Assembly (NCBI GenBank): GCA_021792635.1
Contig: JAJYUH010000005.1
Location: 11,717-75,716, forward strand
From: Natronospirales bacterium
GTDB lineage: Bacteria > Pseudomonadota > Gammaproteobacteria > Natronospirales > REEB76
Direction of reading: 5' to 3'
Length of the DNA stretch: 64,000 nt
This document shows, one piece after another, positions 24,003 through 36,260 of the stretch. The position numbers and the translations under genes are program-made. The notes under the pieces were generated by a model, which ran no database searches, was not told the origin of the DNA, and saw only the letters and a list, made by a program, of their open reading frames with translations. The number at the start of each line of letters is the position of its first letter. The stretch's first letter is position 1.

Positions 24003-25438
24003 ACGATCTCATGCGGCGCATCCGTCATGTGCACTTCGTCGGTATCGGCGGCGCCGGTATGGGCGGCATCGCCGAAGTGTTCATCAACCTCGGCTACCGC
24101 GTCAGCGGTTCCGACCTCAGGGAAAACGCCATCACCCGGCGTCTGGCAGGCCTGGGCGCGCAGGTGCAATTTGGCCACAGCGCGGGGAATCTGACGGATG
24201 CGGATGTGGTGGTGATGTCGAGCGCGGTGACCGGCGACAACGTGGAAGTGGCGGCGGCACACACGCGGCGCATCCCCGTGGTACGGCGCGCGGAGATGCT
24301 GGCGGAACTCATGCGCTTCCGTTTCGGCATCGCCGTGGCCGGTACCCACGGCAAGACCACTACCACCAGTCTCGTGGCCAGTGTGCTCTCGGAAGGCGGT
24401 CTTGACCCCACCTTTATCATCGGCGGGCGGCTGATCAGCGCCGGCGCCAACGCGCGCCTGGGCACCGGCCACTATCTGGTCGCGGAAGCGGACGAAAGCG
24501 ACGCCTCGTTTCTTTATCTGCAACCGCTGATCGCCGTGGTCACCAACATAGATGCGGACCATCTTGGCGCTTATGCGGGTGATTTCACCCGCCTGCGCAG
24601 TGCCTTCGTGGAATTTTTGCATCACCTGCCGTTTTACGGCTTGGCGGTGCTGTGTCTGGACGATGCGGAAGTGCGCGGCATATTGCCCGAGGTGGCGCGA
24701 CCCGTGGTCACTTACGGCATGGATGAAACAGCGGATTTCCGTGCCGGCGACGTTCGCCGTGAAGGGCGCCTGACCCACTTCAAGGCGTGGAAACCGGGGC
24801 AGCAAAAACCGCTCGACATCACGCTCAATCTTGCCGGCCGGCACAACGTGCTGAACGCGCTGGCGGCGCTGGCGATCGCCCAGGACCTGGGCATTGCCGA
24901 TGCCGCCGTACTGAAGGCACTCGCCGGTTTTCAGGGAGTGGGGCGCCGGTTCCAGATTCACGGCGATGTCCGCATACCTTCCGGCAGCGTGCTGTTGGTG
25001 GACGACTACGGTCATCACCCGCGCGAACTCGACGCCACGCTGCGGGCGGCGCGCGAAGGCTGGCCCACGCGGCGGCTGGTGGTGGCGTTCCAGCCGCACC
25101 GTTACACGCGCACCCGCGATCTCTTCGATGATTTCGCCGAGGTGCTGTCCCATGCGGATGCGCTGCTGTTACTCGAAGTGTATGCAGCCGGCGAGGCCAC
25201 CATCGCCGGCGCCGACGGGCGCTCCCTGGCGCGCTCCATCCGCAATCGCGGACGCGTGGATCCGGTGTTCGTGGCGCAGGTGCAGGACCTGCCGGAAGCG
25301 CTCCTGGGCGTACTCAAGGACGGCGATCTGCTGCTGACACTCGGTGCCGGCGATATCGGCGGCATGGCGGCGGAATTGCCGCGGCATTTCGCGGACAGGC
25401 AAGCGACAAAACCGGCAACGGCGGAGCGGCAACCTTGA
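23999..25438 (+). CDS. murC: UDP-N-acetylmuramate--L-alanine ligase MurC
   Basis: [17 protein letters not shown]-terminus, [11 protein letters not shown]-loop. ATGA overlap with murG. Confidence 0.95.
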   Translation: MNDLMRRIRHVHFVGIGGAGMGGIAEVFINLGYRVSGSDLRENAITRRLAGLGAQVQFGHSAGNLTDADVVVMSSAVTGDNVEVAAAHTRRIPVVRRAEMLAELMRFRFGIAVAGTHGKTTTTSLVASVLSEGGLDPTFIIGGRLISAGANARLGTGHYLVAEADESDASFLYLQPLIAVVTNIDADHLGAYAGDFTRLRSAFVEFLHHLPFYGLAVLCLDDAEVRGILPEVARPVVTYGMDETADFRAGDVRREGRLTHFKAWKPGQQKPLDITLNLAGRHNVLNALAALAIAQDLGIADAAVLKALAGFQGVGRRFQIHGDVRIPSGSVLLVDDYGHHPRELDATLRAAREGWPTRRLVVAFQPHRYTRTRDLFDDFAEVLSHADALLLLEVYAAGEATIAGADGRSLARSIRNRGRVDPVFVAQVQDLPEALLGVLKDGDLLLTLGAGDIGGMAAELPRHFADRQATKPATAERQP

Positions 25439-26217
25439 TGCGGCATGCAGCCCGGCATGAGAACGGAATACCGCAACGGCGGCGCCTGCTGCTCGCGGGG
25501 AGTGCGGTGTTGATTGCGTTAATGCTGCTGGCGGCGTTTGCCGCCTATTTCGCGAAACCGTTGCTGGCGGGACCGGCACTCACGGAGTTGGTGGTCAGCG
25601 GACAGCTTATCCATGTGCGGCCGCAGGCGGTACGCGCGGCGGTGCTGCCCGTGCTGGGTGGGGGTTTCTTCAGCACCGATGTGAATACGCTGCGGGCGGC
25701 GGTGGAAAAACTGCCGTGGGTGGCAAGTGCGGCGGTGCGGCGCAGTTGGCCGCATACGCTCTATATAGACATCACCGAGGAGGTGCCGGTGGCGCGCTGG
25801 AACACCGACGGCCTCATGGATGCGCAGGGCAAAGTGTTCGTGCGTACGCACAGCAGCGAATGGGCAAAGCTGCCGCTCCTGACCGGTGCGCAAGGCAGCG
25901 AGCAGGACGTACTGGCGGAATACAACACGCTTGTCTCGCTGCTTGCGTCACGCGGCTTGACGATCATGCAACTGCATGTGGATGCACGCGGTGAATCCAC
26001 CGTGGAACTGAGCGACGGTATCCAGGTGCGCCTTGGGCGGGAGGATGCAGAGCCGCGTCTGGAGCGTTTCGCAGCAATCGCGCTGCCGACCCTGAGCACG
26101 AAACTCGCGGCGGTCGCCTATGTGGACATGCGCTACACCAATGGATTCGCGGTGGGCTGGAAGACGGTCCCGGCGGCGGGCGTCACACAAAGCAAAGAGG
26201 TTGGACCGAATGTCTAG
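25438..26217 (+). CDS. ftsQ: Cell division protein FtsQ
   Basis: One N-terminal TM helix (LLLAGSAVLIALMLLAAF), then POTRA-like and FtsQ-type domains. The start codon overlaps the murC stop (TTGATG context). Confidence 0.88.
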   Translation: MRHAARHENGIPQRRRLLLAGSAVLIALMLLAAFAAYFAKPLLAGPALTELVVSGQLIHVRPQAVRAAVLPVLGGGFFSTDVNTLRAAVEKLPWVASAAVRRSWPHTLYIDITEEVPVARWNTDGLMDAQGKVFVRTHSSEWAKLPLLTGAQGSEQDVLAEYNTLVSLLASRGLTIMQLHVDARGESTVELSDGIQVRLGREDAEPRLERFAAIALPTLSTKLAAVAYVDMRYTNGFAVGWKTVPAAGVTQSKEVGPNV

Positions 26218-27445
26218 AAAGACTGACAAGCGACTGATCGTGGGTCTCGACGTGGGCACATCCAAAGTGGTGGCCATTGTCGGCGAGGTGCTGGCAGACG
26301 GTGGTGTCGAGATCGTGGGCATCGGCTCGCACCCGTCGCACGGACTCAAGCGCGGCGTGGTGGTGAATATCGAATCCACCGTGCAGTCCATCCAGCGTGC
26401 GGTGGCGGAGGCCGAACTGATGGCCGGCTGCCAGATCCATTCGGTGTACGCCGGCATCGCCGGCAGCCATGTGCGCAGCCTCAATTCCCACGGGGTCGTG
26501 GCTATCCGCGACAAGGAAGTGACTGCCGGCGATGTGGAGCGCGTCATTGACGCAGCACGCGCGGTAAGCATTCCAGCCGATCAGAGAATTCTGCACATTC
26601 TGCCCCAGGATTTCGTTATTGACGGCCAGGACGGCATCCGCGAACCCATCGGCATGTCCGGCGTACGCCTCGAGGTACACGTGCATATAGTCACCGGCGC
26701 CATGAGCGCAGCGCAAAACATCGTGCGCTGCGTGGAACGCTGCGGTCTCAAGGTGGATGACATCATCCTGGAGCAGCTTGCTTCCAGTTACGCGGTGCTC
26801 AACGAGGACGAAAAGGAACTGGGCGTGTGCCTGGTGGACGTGGGCGGTGGCACCACGGACATCGCGGTATTTACCGATGGCGCCATTCGTCACACGGCGG
26901 TGATCCCCATCGCCGGCGATCAGGTCACCAATGACATCGCGGTGGCACTGCGCACGCCCACGCACCATGCCGAGGAAATCAAGATCAGATACGCCTGCGC
27001 CCTGCCGCAACTGGCGAGTGCCGATGAAACCATCGAGGTGCCGAGCGTAGGCGACCGCCCGCCGCGGCGGCTCGCGCGCCAGACCCTCGCCGAGGTGGTG
27101 GAGCCGCGTTACGAGGAATTGTTCAGCCTGATTCAGGCGGAGATGCGCCGCAGTGGTTTCGAGGACGCGGTACCCGCCGGCATCGTGCTCACGGGCGGCA
27201 GCGCCAAGATGGAGGGCGCGGTGGAACTCGCGGAGGAGGTGTTTCATGCGCCGGTGCGGCTCGGTGTGCCGCAGTACGTTACCGGGCTGGTGGACGTGGT
27301 ACGCAATCCCATCCACGCCACCGGCGTGGGACTACTGCTGTTCGGCGCACAGAGCCTGCCGCGGGATGGCATGGAGCGGCGTCCCCGCATGCAGATACAG
27401 GACGTCTGGCAGCGCATGAAGCAGTGGTTCCAGGGTTCGTTTTGA
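26210..27445 (+). CDS. ftsA: Cell division protein FtsA
   Basis: Start at MSRKTDKRLIVGLDVGTSKVVAIVGE; actin-like ATPase blocks (DVGGGTTDIAVF). 8-nt overlap with ftsQ. Confidence 0.95.
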   Translation: MSRKTDKRLIVGLDVGTSKVVAIVGEVLADGGVEIVGIGSHPSHGLKRGVVVNIESTVQSIQRAVAEAELMAGCQIHSVYAGIAGSHVRSLNSHGVVAIRDKEVTAGDVERVIDAARAVSIPADQRILHILPQDFVIDGQDGIREPIGMSGVRLEVHVHIVTGAMSAAQNIVRCVERCGLKVDDIILEQLASSYAVLNEDEKELGVCLVDVGGGTTDIAVFTDGAIRHTAVIPIAGDQVTNDIAVALRTPTHHAEEIKIRYACALPQLASADETIEVPSVGDRPPRRLARQTLAEVVEPRYEELFSLIQAEMRRSGFEDAVPAGIVLTGGSAKMEGAVELAEEVFHAPVRLGVPQYVTGLVDVVRNPIHATGVGLLLFGAQSLPRDGMERRPRMQIQDVWQRMKQWFQGSF

Positions 27446-27484
27446 GTTGTTTTGGTTTAATGAACTTGCAGAGGAGACCGGGAC

Positions 27485-28648
27485 ATGAACTGGACAATCG
27501 AAGAAGATGTACATCAGAGCGCCGTAATCAAGGTGATCGGCGTGGGCGGCGGCGGCGGCAACGCCGTGCAACACATGGTGGCCAGCGGCATTGAAGGCGT
27601 GGATTTCATCGCCGTCAATACCGATGCGCAAGTGCTCAAAAAGATCAATGCGCGCACTACGCTGCAGATCGGCAGCAATCTCACCCGCGGTCTGGGTGCG
27701 GGGTCCAATCCGGAAACCGGCAAGCAGGCCGCACTGGAGGATCGCGAGCGTCTGGAGGAAGTGCTGCGCGGCAGCGACATGGTGTTCATCACGGCCGGCA
27801 TGGGCGGTGGCACCGGTACCGGCGCCGCGCCGGTGGTGGCGCAGGTGGCAAAGGAACTGGATGTGCTGGTGGTGGCGGTGGTCACTAAACCCTTTCCCCA
27901 CGAAGGCAGCAAACGCATGAAAGTGGCGGAACAGGGTTTGGCGGAGCTGGGGCAGTATGTGGATTCGCTCATCGTGATCCCCAACGAAAAATTATCCGCG
28001 GTGCTCGGCCGGGACATCCCCATGCTGCAGGCTTTTCAGGCCGCCAATGAGGTGCTGCACGGGGCGGTGCGCGGCATTGCCGACATCATCACCCGGCCGG
28101 GTCTCATGAATCTGGATTTTGCCGACGTGCGCACCGTGATGTCGGAGATGGGTATGGCCATGATGGGTACCGGCCAGGCCAGCGGCGAGGCGCGCGCGCG
28201 CAAGGCCACGGAGGCGGCGGTCACCAGCCCTCTGCTGGAGAATGTCAACCTGCAGGGGGCCCGCGGCATTCTGGTCAACATTACCGCCGGCATGGACCTG
28301 ACCATGGGCGAATACGAAGAGGTCATGGACATCGCCCACGGTTACGCCGTGGAGGATGCCTCCATCAAGGTCGGTACGGTGCTGGATCCTTCCATGAGCA
28401 ACGAGATCCGGGTGACCGTGGTGGCTACCGGACTGTCCCGACCGCAGGCGCAAGCCGCGCCGGTGGCAAAGCCGGTGGCGGTGGCACCCCAGCTGGTTCC
28501 CCTGGCCCGCACCGGCACGGATGACCGTCCCGACTGGAAGAAGCTGGAGCGGCCCGCCTATGTGCGGCAACGGGAGAAGGACGAGCCGGACCCCCAGAGC
28601 CAGGAGTATCTGGACATCCCGGCCTTCCTGCGCCGGCAGGCGGACTGA
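27485..28648 (+). CDS. ftsZ: Cell division GTPase FtsZ
   Basis: IKVIGVGGGGGNAV, GGGTGTGAAPVVA tubulin signature, and a C-terminal conserved peptide DIPAFLRRQAD. Confidence 0.98.
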   Translation: MNWTIEEDVHQSAVIKVIGVGGGGGNAVQHMVASGIEGVDFIAVNTDAQVLKKINARTTLQIGSNLTRGLGAGSNPETGKQAALEDRERLEEVLRGSDMVFITAGMGGGTGTGAAPVVAQVAKELDVLVVAVVTKPFPHEGSKRMKVAEQGLAELGQYVDSLIVIPNEKLSAVLGRDIPMLQAFQAANEVLHGAVRGIADIITRPGLMNLDFADVRTVMSEMGMAMMGTGQASGEARARKATEAAVTSPLLENVNLQGARGILVNITAGMDLTMGEYEEVMDIAHGYAVEDASIKVGTVLDPSMSNEIRVTVVATGLSRPQAQAAPVAKPVAVAPQLVPLARTGTDDRPDWKKLERPAYVRQREKDEPDPQSQEYLDIPAFLRRQAD

Positions 28649-28853
28649 GGAGCGGTGTGCTGAAAGCACCGTAAGGTCTTGAAAAACCTTGTTTCACGCG
28701 GTGTCCCTGTGCTACCGTACACGCCCGCGGTTTGTGAACAGATGGCACCCCCCGGCCATGTCTGAGGGGGTATCGCGGTGGCTCAGGGTAAGCGCCTGCC
28801 CGCACGATGGGGCGCAACGCGGGGTTCCGCTGGCATTTGGTAATACGAACGGC

Positions 28854-29765
28854 ATGCTGAAACAGCGTACGCTTAAGAACTGTATCCGCGCCACCGGCGT
28901 GGGTTTGCATACGGGTGAAAAGGTTTACATGACCCTGCGCCCGGCGGCACCCAATACCGGTATTGTTTTCCGCCGCGTGGATCTGGAAAAACCCGTTGAT
29001 ATCCGTGCCAATGCTGAAAATGTCGGCGATACCATGCTGGGCACCACCCTCGTGAACGGTGACATCCGCGTGTCCACGGTGGAGCACCTGTTATCCGCGT
29101 TTGCCGGTCTCGGCATTGACAATGCCCATGTGGATTTGAGCGCTGCGGAAGTGCCCATCATGGATGGCAGCGCCGGGCCGTTCGTGTTTCTGCTGCAATC
29201 CGCCGGCATCGAGGAGCAGAGCGCCCACAAACGCTTTATCCGTATCCGCGATTCACTGGAAGTGCGCGACGGCGACAAGTGGGCGCGCTTTGAACCCTTC
29301 GACGGTTTCAAGGTGAGCTTCCAGATTGACTTCAATCACCCCATATTCAAGAAACACACACAGAGCGCAAGCGTGGATTTCTCCACGACTTCCTTCGTGA
29401 AGGAAGTAAGCCGCGCGCGCACCTTCGGTTTCATGCGTGATATTGAAATGCTGCGCCAGCAGCATCTCACACTGGGCGCATCGCTGGATAACGCCATCGC
29501 ACTGGATGATTACCGCATTCTCAACGAGGACGGGTTGCGTTACGAGGACGAGTTCGTCAAACACAAGATTCTTGATTCCATCGGTGATCTCTATCTGCTG
29601 GGGCACAGCCTGATCGGCGCCTTCAGCGCCTACAAATCCGGCCATGGTCTCAACAATGCTTTACTGCGTGCGCTGCTGGCGCAACAGTCCGCCTGGGAAG
29701 AAGTCACCTTCGATGATGCGGCGACTGCGCCCATTTCCTACATGACGCCGGTGCACGCTTTATAG
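28854..29765 (+). CDS. lpxC: UDP-3-O-acyl-GlcNAc deacetylase LpxC
   Basis: Start at [31 protein letters not shown], a canonical LpxC N-terminus. The ORF-track start at 28689 is an upstream extension. Confidence 0.95.
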   Translation: MLKQRTLKNCIRATGVGLHTGEKVYMTLRPAAPNTGIVFRRVDLEKPVDIRANAENVGDTMLGTTLVNGDIRVSTVEHLLSAFAGLGIDNAHVDLSAAEVPIMDGSAGPFVFLLQSAGIEEQSAHKRFIRIRDSLEVRDGDKWARFEPFDGFKVSFQIDFNHPIFKKHTQSASVDFSTTSFVKEVSRARTFGFMRDIEMLRQQHLTLGASLDNAIALDDYRILNEDGLRYEDEFVKHKILDSIGDLYLLGHSLIGAFSAYKSGHGLNNALLRALLAQQSAWEEVTFDDAATAPISYMTPVHAL

Positions 29766-29795
29766 GGTTGTGAGGAAATCCCCATGTTCCGGGAC

Positions 29796-30248
29796 CTAAC
29801 GCCGCGGTGCGCGGTTACGGGCAAGACGTCGAAGTGAGCGGCTGAGCGGCCCGTCTTCCAGACCGGCGGCGGTATTTTCAAGGATTTGACCTACACCATC
29901 CGGCAATGTCCTGGGTGACGATTTGGGTCCGGGAAGAAGCGGCGGCTCGGGCAGAACCTTGACTTTGACTGCGGTGCAACGCAGGCCGGCGGCGGCGAGC
30001 CTTTGCAGAAGTTGCTGCTGCTGATAGCGGACAGGCATCGCGGTGGCGGCGCTGTCCATGTATATGACCAGCGTGCCGGCCTCCAGTTCGCCGCCGAGAC
30101 AATGCGATGTCAGCGCCGGCGGCAGCTGACGGCGTATTTGCCCGCGCAACTGACAGAGCCGATGTGCCTCGGCCGTCAGCAGCTTGAGCGGGGAATTGCT
30201 CTGCGGGTTGAGCAATGCGCCGAGGGAGCGGGATTTGGGAGCTGTCAC
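29796..30248 (-). CDS. DUF721-family protein (DciA-like)
   Basis: 150 aa with the pattern LKLLTAEAHRLCQLRGQIRRQLPPALTSHC....LEAGTLVIYMDSAATAMPVRYQQQQLLQRL typical of DUF721. The position lpxC / DUF721 / M23 / secA is as in pseudomonads. Confidence 0.6.
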   Translation of the reverse strand: MTAPKSRSLGALLNPQSNSPLKLLTAEAHRLCQLRGQIRRQLPPALTSHCLGGELEAGTLVIYMDSAATAMPVRYQQQQLLQRLAAAGLRCTAVKVKVLPEPPLLPGPKSSPRTLPDGVGQILENTAAGLEDGPLSRSLRRLARNRAPRR

Positions 30249-30285
30249 AGGCGGGTATTCACTTGAGGTTCAGGAAGCGCAGCGG

Positions 30286-31239
30286 ATGAGTCTTATTTTA
30301 TTCATAAAACACGGCCGGGTGCGCCAGGTGGACCTGGGCAGGCCGCTGGTCTGGGGCAGTAGCGTGGCTCTGGCGACGCTTGCCGCTGGCGCGCTTTTTG
30401 TGGCGGGTTACGGCGTGGCCGCCTGGCTGGACCAGTCCTCGGTACGGGCCCAGTACTGGAAGGCCCAGATCAGCGCTCAGGCGCGGGAAGTGGCCCAAGC
30501 CAGGCAGCATGCCCAGGCCAACATTGACGCCCTGTCCGCCAAGGTGGGTGAGTTACAGGCGCACATCATCCGCCTGGATGCACTGGGTCAACAGCTTACG
30601 CGCATGGCGGGCCTGAAGCGCGGTGAGTTCAACTTCAGCCAACCCCCACCCGAGGGTGGTCCGGACCTGAGCGGACCCGTGCAGCATGTGGCGCTGCCCG
30701 ACTTTCTCAATAATCTCGACCAGCTTTCCGCGCAGATCAACAACCGAGAGCAGCAGCTCACAGTGCTGGAAAGCCTGTTCATGAACCGCAATGTGCGCGC
30801 GCGGTCCCTGCCTTCGGGACCGCCGGTTATGGAGGGGTACATCAGTTCGCCCTTCGGTATGCGCATTGATCCTTTCACCGGCGAACTTTCCTTTCATCCG
30901 GGTATAGATTTCGCGGCACCGGAAGGTGAACCGGTGAAGGCGGTGGCCGCGGGAGTGGTGACTTGGGCCGCACCCGACGGCGGCTTCGGCAATCTGGTGG
31001 AGATCGACAACGGCAACGGCTATGTGACGATGTACGGTCACAACTCCAAAATTCTGGTGCATGTGGGCGAGGTGGTGAAGAAAGGCCAGGAAATCTCGCT
31101 GGTGGGCTCCACCGGCCGCTCCACGGGGCCCCATGTTCACTTGGAAGTCCTTTACAATGGAAAGCCGATCAACCCGGCGCGGTTTGTGAATGCCACGGGG
31201 CGGTCTCGGCTGGCCATGATGCCCCGCAGCATGGATTAG
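30286..31239 (+). CDS. M23-family metallopeptidase with N-terminal TM helix and coiled coil
   Basis: Start at MSLILFIKHG. LytM-type motifs HPGIDFAAPEG and MYGHNS...GSTGRSTGPHVHLEV. Confidence 0.88.
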   Translation: MSLILFIKHGRVRQVDLGRPLVWGSSVALATLAAGALFVAGYGVAAWLDQSSVRAQYWKAQISAQAREVAQARQHAQANIDALSAKVGELQAHIIRLDALGQQLTRMAGLKRGEFNFSQPPPEGGPDLSGPVQHVALPDFLNNLDQLSAQINNREQQLTVLESLFMNRNVRARSLPSGPPVMEGYISSPFGMRIDPFTGELSFHPGIDFAAPEGEPVKAVAAGVVTWAAPDGGFGNLVEIDNGNGYVTMYGHNSKILVHVGEVVKKGQEISLVGSTGRSTGPHVHLEVLYNGKPINPARFVNATGRSRLAMMPRSMD

Positions 31240-31387
31240 CCCTCATCCTTGCCCGGCCGCCTCGACCCGCGGCAGTCAAACCTTACCGGAACCCTATTGC
31301 AAGCAGGCCGGCGTGCCCACGGGGTACGCCGGCCTGCAGACTATGAGCGCCCGGACAGCGACACAGTTGGAACAAGCGGAATAACCC

Positions 31388-34105
<2,718 letters not shown>

Positions 34106-34297
34106 AAAGAGCGCAGCCGCGTCTGGTCATTTTGTTCCCCGCCGGCGCCCGGGACAGAGCGCGGAGCGGAGGGAATTCTTGAAAAACTTTTGTCCGCTTC
34201 AAATTCAAGCGGAACCCGTTTCCGCCGGCGCCAGTGCAGCAGGCTGTTGAAAGTGCCTGGTCCAGGTGCAATCCCGGCAGCCGTGAAGGCAGACAAC

Positions 34298-35245
34298 ATG
34301 CAGACCGTTCCTGTGGTGGCCGCGGTGCTGAAGGATGTGCAGGGCCGCGTGCTGGTCACGCAGCGCCCCGCCGGCAAGCCGCTGGCGGGATACTGGGAAT
34401 TTCCCGGCGGCAAGCTCGAATCCGGTGAGCCGCCGTTTGCGGCACTCCAGCGTGAACTGCGGGAAGAACTCGGGCTGGATGTGCAACAAGCGCGGCCGCT
34501 GCTGCAACTCTCTCACGATTATGCGGAGCGCCGGGTGGAACTGGCTGTCTGGCGGGTTACCCGCTGGCAGGGGGCACCCTGTGCACGGGAATCCCAGGCG
34601 ATTGCCTGGGTGAAGCCGGATGAACTCTCCCGCTGGCGGCTGTTGCCTGCCGACACGCCTGTGGTGCAGAGGCTGCGCCTGCCGCCGTGCATGCTGGTGA
34701 CGCCGTCACCGGAAGACGGGAGCGGCTTCCTCATGACCCTGGAAAGACGGCTGGCGGAGGGGCGGGAATTCGTCCAATTCCGCGCACCGGCGCTGCCGGA
34801 ACGGCAGTACGGCATAGTCGCCAGGGAAGTCATACGCCTGTGCCGGGAGTATGGCGCCCGGGTGGTGCTGAATGCCGAGCCGGAACTGGTGCGGCAACTT
34901 GGTGCGGATGGCGCACATCTCAGCGGCGCAAAGCTCGGGAAGCTTGCCCGCCGGCCGCTGCCGCAGGAATTCCTCGTGGGCGCCTCCTGCCATGAGGCGA
35001 CGGACATCCGCAGGGCGGCGCAGCGGTCGCTGGATTACGTGGTGCTGGGCGCGGTGCGGCCGAGCGCGAGTCATCCGGGGCAGGAACCGCTCGGCTGGGA
35101 GACATTCGCCGAACTGGCGGCAGGGAGCAGAGTGCCGGTGTATGCCATCGGCGGCCTGGCGCCCGCCGAGCTGGAAGCGGTGCGCACGCACGGCGGTTAC
35201 GGCCTCGCCGCCATGCGTGCCCTGTGGCAAGAAACGGAAAACTAG
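34298..35245 (+). CDS. mutT: Nudix hydrolase (MutT-like) fused to a thiamine-phosphate-synthase-like (TMP-TENI) domain
   Basis: Start at MQTVPVVAAVL. Nudix box GGKLESGEPPFAALQRELREELG. The C-terminal ~200 aa has ThiE/TenI-like blocks (GADGAHL, VGASCH, DYVVLGAV, PVYAIGGL). The position after secA is as in E. coli and Pseudomonas. Confidence 0.85.
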   Translation: MQTVPVVAAVLKDVQGRVLVTQRPAGKPLAGYWEFPGGKLESGEPPFAALQRELREELGLDVQQARPLLQLSHDYAERRVELAVWRVTRWQGAPCARESQAIAWVKPDELSRWRLLPADTPVVQRLRLPPCMLVTPSPEDGSGFLMTLERRLAEGREFVQFRAPALPERQYGIVAREVIRLCREYGARVVLNAEPELVRQLGADGAHLSGAKLGKLARRPLPQEFLVGASCHEATDIRRAAQRSLDYVVLGAVRPSASHPGQEPLGWETFAELAAGSRVPVYAIGGLAPAELEAVRTHGGYGLAAMRALWQETEN

Positions 35246-35433
35246 GATCCGGCCGGCTCGGACGGCCGCGCCTCGCCGGGAATCGCACGTTTTTCCTGCA
35301 GCCAGTCGCCCAAATCAATAAGCCGGCAGCGTTCGCTGCAGAACGGCTTGCATGCCGATTCCGCGGTCCAGGGCACCGCCAGGCCGCAGCGTGGGCATTT
35401 CACCACTGTCGGGAGATGCGGCCTCTCGTCCAC
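35242..35433 (-). CDS. yacG: DNA gyrase inhibitor YacG (zinc finger)
   Basis: 63 aa, CPRCG...PFCSERCRLIDLGDWLQEKRAIP, a canonical YacG. Confidence 0.9.
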   Translation of the reverse strand: MDERPHLPTVVKCPRCGLAVPWTAESACKPFCSERCRLIDLGDWLQEKRAIPGEARPSEPAGS

Positions 35434-35438
35434 GCGGG

Positions 35439-36245
35439 TCAGAGCTGGCAGCAGACCAGCTTGAAGCCGATATCGCGCTTGCTTTGCTGCGGGCGGCTGT
35501 TGGCGTCCTGGCGTTCCAGGAAATGGATGGTAATGCGCTGGCGGCCGGCGCTGATTTCCGGAAACACGCCGCTGCTTACCGGTAGCATGACACGCACCAG
35601 CGGACAGGCAGGGCCGGCGAAAACGTGCTGGTACATGCCCTGTTCAGCCACTTCACGGGTGGGCAACGCACTTTCCCGCGTGAGTGCCATGAGCAGATTG
35701 ATGGTATCGCGCAGCGGCCGGATTTCCTCCAGCCAGTTCTGCAGGTCGCGCGCGCGTTTGGCGTGTGTCTGGGAGAGCCAGGCGTGATAGGCGGGCAGAT
35801 CAAATTGGCAGGTGCCACCCGGGATCGCCAGGCGGTTCCTGATGGTATTGAGAAATTCATTTTCCTTGAGTCCCATGCCCAGTTGCCGTCCATCACCGTT
35901 CATGGCGTGGCGCAGTGTTTCGAGCTCGGTCAGTACCGACTGCAGGCGTGCGCCGTCCACCTCGGGGCTGTGCTTGAGGCGATTCAGGAACAGCAGACAG
36001 CGTTCCAGTTCCTTGAGCACCTCGGTGCGCACGTCGCCGCGGATAAGCAATGCAGCAATTTCAAGGATCGCGGTAACGGCGGCGCGGCTGTCCCAGGGTG
36101 ATGTCAGGCCGGCATGATGCTCGCACTGCTCGAACAGGAATTCCAGGCGCAGGAAAGTGCGTATCCGTTCCGTCAGCGGCTGTTCGTAGGCCAGCCACTC
36201 GGCGGGCAGAAGTTCCTCGATGGGTGTGGGTTCGATGCTCAGCAT
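35439..36245 (-). CDS. zapD: Cell division protein ZapD
   Basis: YEQPLTERIRTFLRLEFLFEQ and VRTEVLKELERC blocks parallel E. coli ZapD (FEHPLNEKMRTWLRIEFL, VRTELLKELDR). Synteny coaE-zapD-yacG. Confidence 0.85.
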   Translation of the reverse strand: MLSIEPTPIEELLPAEWLAYEQPLTERIRTFLRLEFLFEQCEHHAGLTSPWDSRAAVTAILEIAALLIRGDVRTEVLKELERCLLFLNRLKHSPEVDGARLQSVLTELETLRHAMNGDGRQLGMGLKENEFLNTIRNRLAIPGGTCQFDLPAYHAWLSQTHAKRARDLQNWLEEIRPLRDTINLLMALTRESALPTREVAEQGMYQHVFAGPACPLVRVMLPVSSGVFPEISAGRQRITIHFLERQDANSRPQQSKRDIGFKLVCCQL

Positions 36246-36260
36246 GAAAACGCGCCTCGC

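Noticed and set aside
23672-25153. 493 aa ORF antisense to murG/murC
   Set aside because: Antisense to well-supported Mur ligase genes, with no motif content.
25380-25500. Possible hidden or frameshifted ddl between murC and ftsQ
   Set aside because: The murC stop and ftsQ start overlap, so there is no spacer. No D-Ala-D-Ala ligase motifs appear in any listed frame.
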